This document shows, one piece after another, positions 63,331 to 64,000 of a stretch of DNA of 64,000 nt. A model generated the notes under the pieces. The model was not told where the DNA came from. It searched no databases and saw only the letters and a program-made list of their open reading frames with translations. The stretch lies in IMG/VR virus record IMGVR_UViG_3300044727_000112; one strand, written 5' to 3'. The translations under genes were made by a program, and so were the position numbers. Numbering within the stretch: position 1 is the first letter of the stretch; each line of letters starts with the position of its first letter. This stretch comes from an uncultured virus (IMG/VR IMGVR_UViG_3300044727_000112). Its lineage: Duplodnaviria > Heunggongvirae > Uroviricota > Caudoviricetes.

Positions 63331-64000
63331 GCCGTCACCACCGGCCCAACCTGCACACCATTAACAGCCGTCGCTATCCACGCTGCGCCTGTATTCGGAT
63401 CAACCACATCGTTACGTGCAACCCAACTCCACGACGTCGTGAGCGCCGTGCTTGCCCCCTGCACGGTGGTCGATCCGCTTTTTACCTGCACCGTCGTATT
63501 GCGCGTGCCAGCATCCGTCTTCTGAAACAGACCTCGCGTCGTGATACCAATAGTGTTGGCAGGCAAAACACTAAGGGCACCGATGCCATACAGATCAGCT
63601 TGCCCATTGGTTGACGAAAAGACATAACTGCTGGCTGCATCCTGTTGCGCTTCACCAACACAGTCGGCATTGCTCTGCGGTGTGTAAATAACCGAAACAC
63701 CAGGAATATTTGGGAATGACGCCGCGCCACCAGGATTGGCTGTCGGCCAAGACGAATACAGCGAATTCGTGATCTGAATAACCACAGGCTGCGGTGTAAT
63801 GCTGCTGGCATTGATCACATTGTAACTGATATTGCTGCTGTCGTTGTTCAACCCAATCCAATAGGTCTGTCCTTGCGTGACATGAACTGGTGATGGAAAA
63901 TTGAGCACAAGCGGCGACGAAGACGGATTGGTAACCTCAGATGTTGTCGCTAGAACATTACCAATACCACCACCTGGATTGACATCGTACAAAGCTCCCT
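63327..64000 (-). CDS. tail/fibre-associated protein (partial, starts outside window)
   Basis: Open to the window edge; TYWIG beta-sandwich, KTDAG, DPNTGAAW...VN. Confidence 0.65.
   Translation of the reverse strand, partial: GALYDVNPGGGIGNVLATTSEVTNPSSSPLVLNFPSPVHVTQGQTYWIGLNNDSSNISYNVINASSITPQPVVIQITNSLYSSWPTANPGGAASFPNIPGVSVIYTPQSNADCVGEAQQDAASSYVFSSTNGQADLYGIGALSVLPANTIGITTRGLFQKTDAGTRNTTVQVKSGSTTVQGASTALTTSWSWVARNDVVDPNTGAAWIATAVNGVQVGPVVTA

Noticed and set aside
1..64000. Integrated prophage with host flanks
   Set aside because: No integrase, att-adjacent tRNA or bacterial housekeeping genes; both edges fall inside phage structural genes.

Overview
This window holds most of the genome of a tailed dsDNA phage with podovirus-like architecture, most likely infecting an alphaproteobacterium (Rhizobiales-like GC content, CtrA-type boxes, GANTC clusters). 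Both window edges cut genes. The minus strand at 1-14.9 kb carries head-tail adaptors, major capsid, scaffold, small basic proteins, an orphan adenine methylase, a lysis cassette, two glycosyltransferases, two collagen-tagged mini-proteins and the portal. The plus strand at 15-18.3 kb carries the terminase, transcribed divergently from the portal. Two regulators and an AT-rich, IHF-site-bearing putative terminus/origin lie at 18.4-20.6 kb. The plus strand at 20.6-40.2 kb carries many small early genes, PolA, a PD-(D/E)XK nuclease, VRR-NUC, an SNF2 helicase, an SSB-like protein and a DUF927 primase. The minus strand at 40.3-64 kb carries three large low-complexity internal virion proteins, tail tube/nozzle and five collagen-like fibre paralogs. 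No integrase, tRNA, CRISPR array or reverse transcriptase was seen. The most interesting signals are: (1) a receiver-less CtrA-like regulator plus TTAA-N7-TTAA boxes at four structural-gene promoters; (2) a pseudoknotted RNA between two Acb2/Tad1-like genes; (3) an identical ENAPPYQVAG peptide in three otherwise unrelated internal proteins; (4) a probable virion O-glycosylation system acting on Gly-X-Thr collagen repeats. All family assignments are by-eye motif recognition; no searches were run.
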